Origin: Macrostomum lignano
Taxonomy: Eukaryota
Reading direction: 5' to 3'
DNA length: 64,000 nucleotides
NCBI GenBank assembly: GCA_002269645.1
Contig: NIVC01002001.1
Span: 1-64,000, forward strand
How positions within the stretch are numbered: position 1 is the first letter of the stretch; each line of letters begins with the position of its first letter. The notes under the pieces were generated by a model. It did not search any database. It was given only the letters and a program-made list of their open reading frames with translations, and was not told the DNA's origin. A program made the translations under genes and the position numbers. Below, piece by piece: positions 62,101 through 64,000 of the stretch.

Positions 62101-63416
62101 ATCGCCCATCAGACACAAACCAACAATTGCCCATCAGACACAAACCAACAACCATCAGACACAAACCAACAACCATCAGACACAAACCAACAACCATCAG
62201 ACACAAACCAACAACCATCAGACACAAACCAACAATCGCCCATCAGACACAAACCAACAATCGCCCATCAGACACAAACCAACAATCGCCCATCAGACAC
62301 AAACCAACAATTGCCCATCAGACACAAACCAACAACCATCAGACACAAACCAACAACCATCAGACACAAACCAACAACCATCAGACACAAACCAACAACC
62401 ATCAGACACAAACCAACAATCGCCCATCAGACACAAACCAACAATCGCCCATCAGACACAAACCAACAATCGCCCATCAGACACAAACCAACAATTGCCC
62501 ATCAGACACAAACCAACAATCGCCCATCAGACACAAACCAACAGTTGCCCATCAGACACCCATCAGACACAAACCAACAACCATCAGACAAACCAACAAT
62601 TGCCCATCAGACAACCATCAGACACAAACCAACAATCGCCCATCAGACACAAACCAACAATCGCCCATCAGACACAAACCAACAATCGCCCATCAGACAC
62701 AAACCAACAATCGCCCATCAGACAACCATCAGACACAAACCAACAATTGCCCATCAGACACAAACCAACAATTGCCCATCAGACAACCATCAGACACAAA
62801 CCAACAACCATCAGACACAAACCAACAATCGCCCATCAGACAACCATCAGACACAAACCAACAATTGCCCATCAGACACAAACCAACAATTGCCCATCAG
62901 ACAACCATCAGACACAAACCAACAACCATCAGACACAAACCAACAATCGCCCGTCAGACACAAACAAACCATCCCATCAGACACCCATCAGACAAACAAA
63001 CACTCACCTACCCTACAGTTGACGAGTACTCGCAAATCCTGTGGAAGTACTTGGCCTTTCTCATTGCGATGAACGGCCTCATGCTGCTGCTCATTCTAAT
63101 CCTAACTGTTTTCCTACTTCTCAACGGGGAGCAATGGCTGAGCAGCATCCGAGGCATCCAAGATGGCGGAACCGCGGGTCTCATCGACCCGAATCGCAAC
63201 AGTCGAGGGTACTGGGATTTCGACTCCATGCTGCCGACGCAGGCTGGGCGGAGTAAAAAAGCCACCGTGGCCACGTCCGATGCCAGTTACTATGGCAACC
63301 GCTGGCCAATTCCTGGCCGATTTCGTTTGCCCCGTCTTAGAAAACAATTGGAATTGGCCTGGGACGGAATCTTCTTTCGGTATCCGAGCAGCAGCCGCGT
63401 GCAGAAGCAAAACTAG
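59151..63416 (+). CDS. 3' exons of a single-pass membrane protein (weak cadherin-like motif); 5' exons not resolved
   Basis: Exons 59151-59198 (EEENAYFTVTVLPGSP), 59274-59354 (DNEPEFRVFPF...) and 63019-63416 (VDEYSQILWKYLAFLIAMNGLMLLLILILTVFLLL transmembrane segment, then a cytoplasmic tail); phase-1 junctions are consistent; the 59198 donor is weaker. Confidence 0.6.
59450..63010. repeat. Modular 21/25-bp satellite (CCATCAGACACAAACCAACAA +/- T(C/T)GC) present as two copies of an 1850-bp tandem duplication
   Basis: Direct; rare variants recur at offset 1850 (GACGC at 59771/61621, ACAGTTG at 60691/62541). Confidence 0.93.
61169..61347 (+). pseudogene. Duplicated, 3'-truncated copy of the transmembrane exon
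   Basis: Matches 63019-63197 including the splice acceptor, then runs into satellite. Confidence 0.8.
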
Positions 63417-63420
63417 CGCT

Positions 63421-63800
<380 letters not shown>

Positions 63801-64000
63801 TAGTTGTTGTTGTTTCTTGTTGGTTGTTGTTGTACGAGTAAGCAGTAGTAAAGTGAGACAAGCGAATGAATAACGACTATAATAAATAAAAACAAACAAG
63901 ATATAAAAACTAATAAAAGTTATGAAAGTGTATTTCGCTACAATATCCAGTATTCTATAGCCAAAATTTTCTCACTGATTATTACGTCTATGGAAGAAGA

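Overview
Eukaryotic (metazoan) genomic DNA. The intron-filling minisatellites, CAG-rich exons and gene content suggest a free-living flatworm such as Macrostomum, but the organism is my inference. About 40% of the window (my rough sum) is tandem repeat, and most long ORFs in the supplied track are artefacts of stop-free repeat units. Manual splice reconstruction gives six protein-coding genes: (1) a 10-11-exon anion-selective Cys-loop channel (GluCl/GlyR-like, +, 3086-11954); (2) MMADHC/CblD (-, 15876-17716); (3) an orphan Pro/Gln-rich gene (-, 21165-22374); (4) a ~1900-aa protein with three U1/matrin-type zinc fingers (-, 23845-33446); (5) hunchback (-, 42211-49512); (6) the 3' part of a single-pass membrane protein gene (+, 59151-63416) whose last exon is partly duplicated. 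Mobile DNA comprises a Penelope-like GIY-YIG fragment with a hammerhead-ribozyme motif and 26-bp terminal inverted repeats, a DIRS/Ngaro RT remnant, two hAT-type MITEs with 8-bp TSDs (one carrying its own satellite) and a ~128-bp inverted-repeat element. The best leads are the hammerhead-bearing Penelope element inside the channel gene, a hunchback with only the four central fingers, an MMADHC lacking the cobalt-ligand cysteine, a satellite-mediated 1850-bp exon duplication, and intronic satellites that carry splice-junction or ETS motifs or are shared between genes. No CRISPR array, tRNA or rRNA gene was seen.
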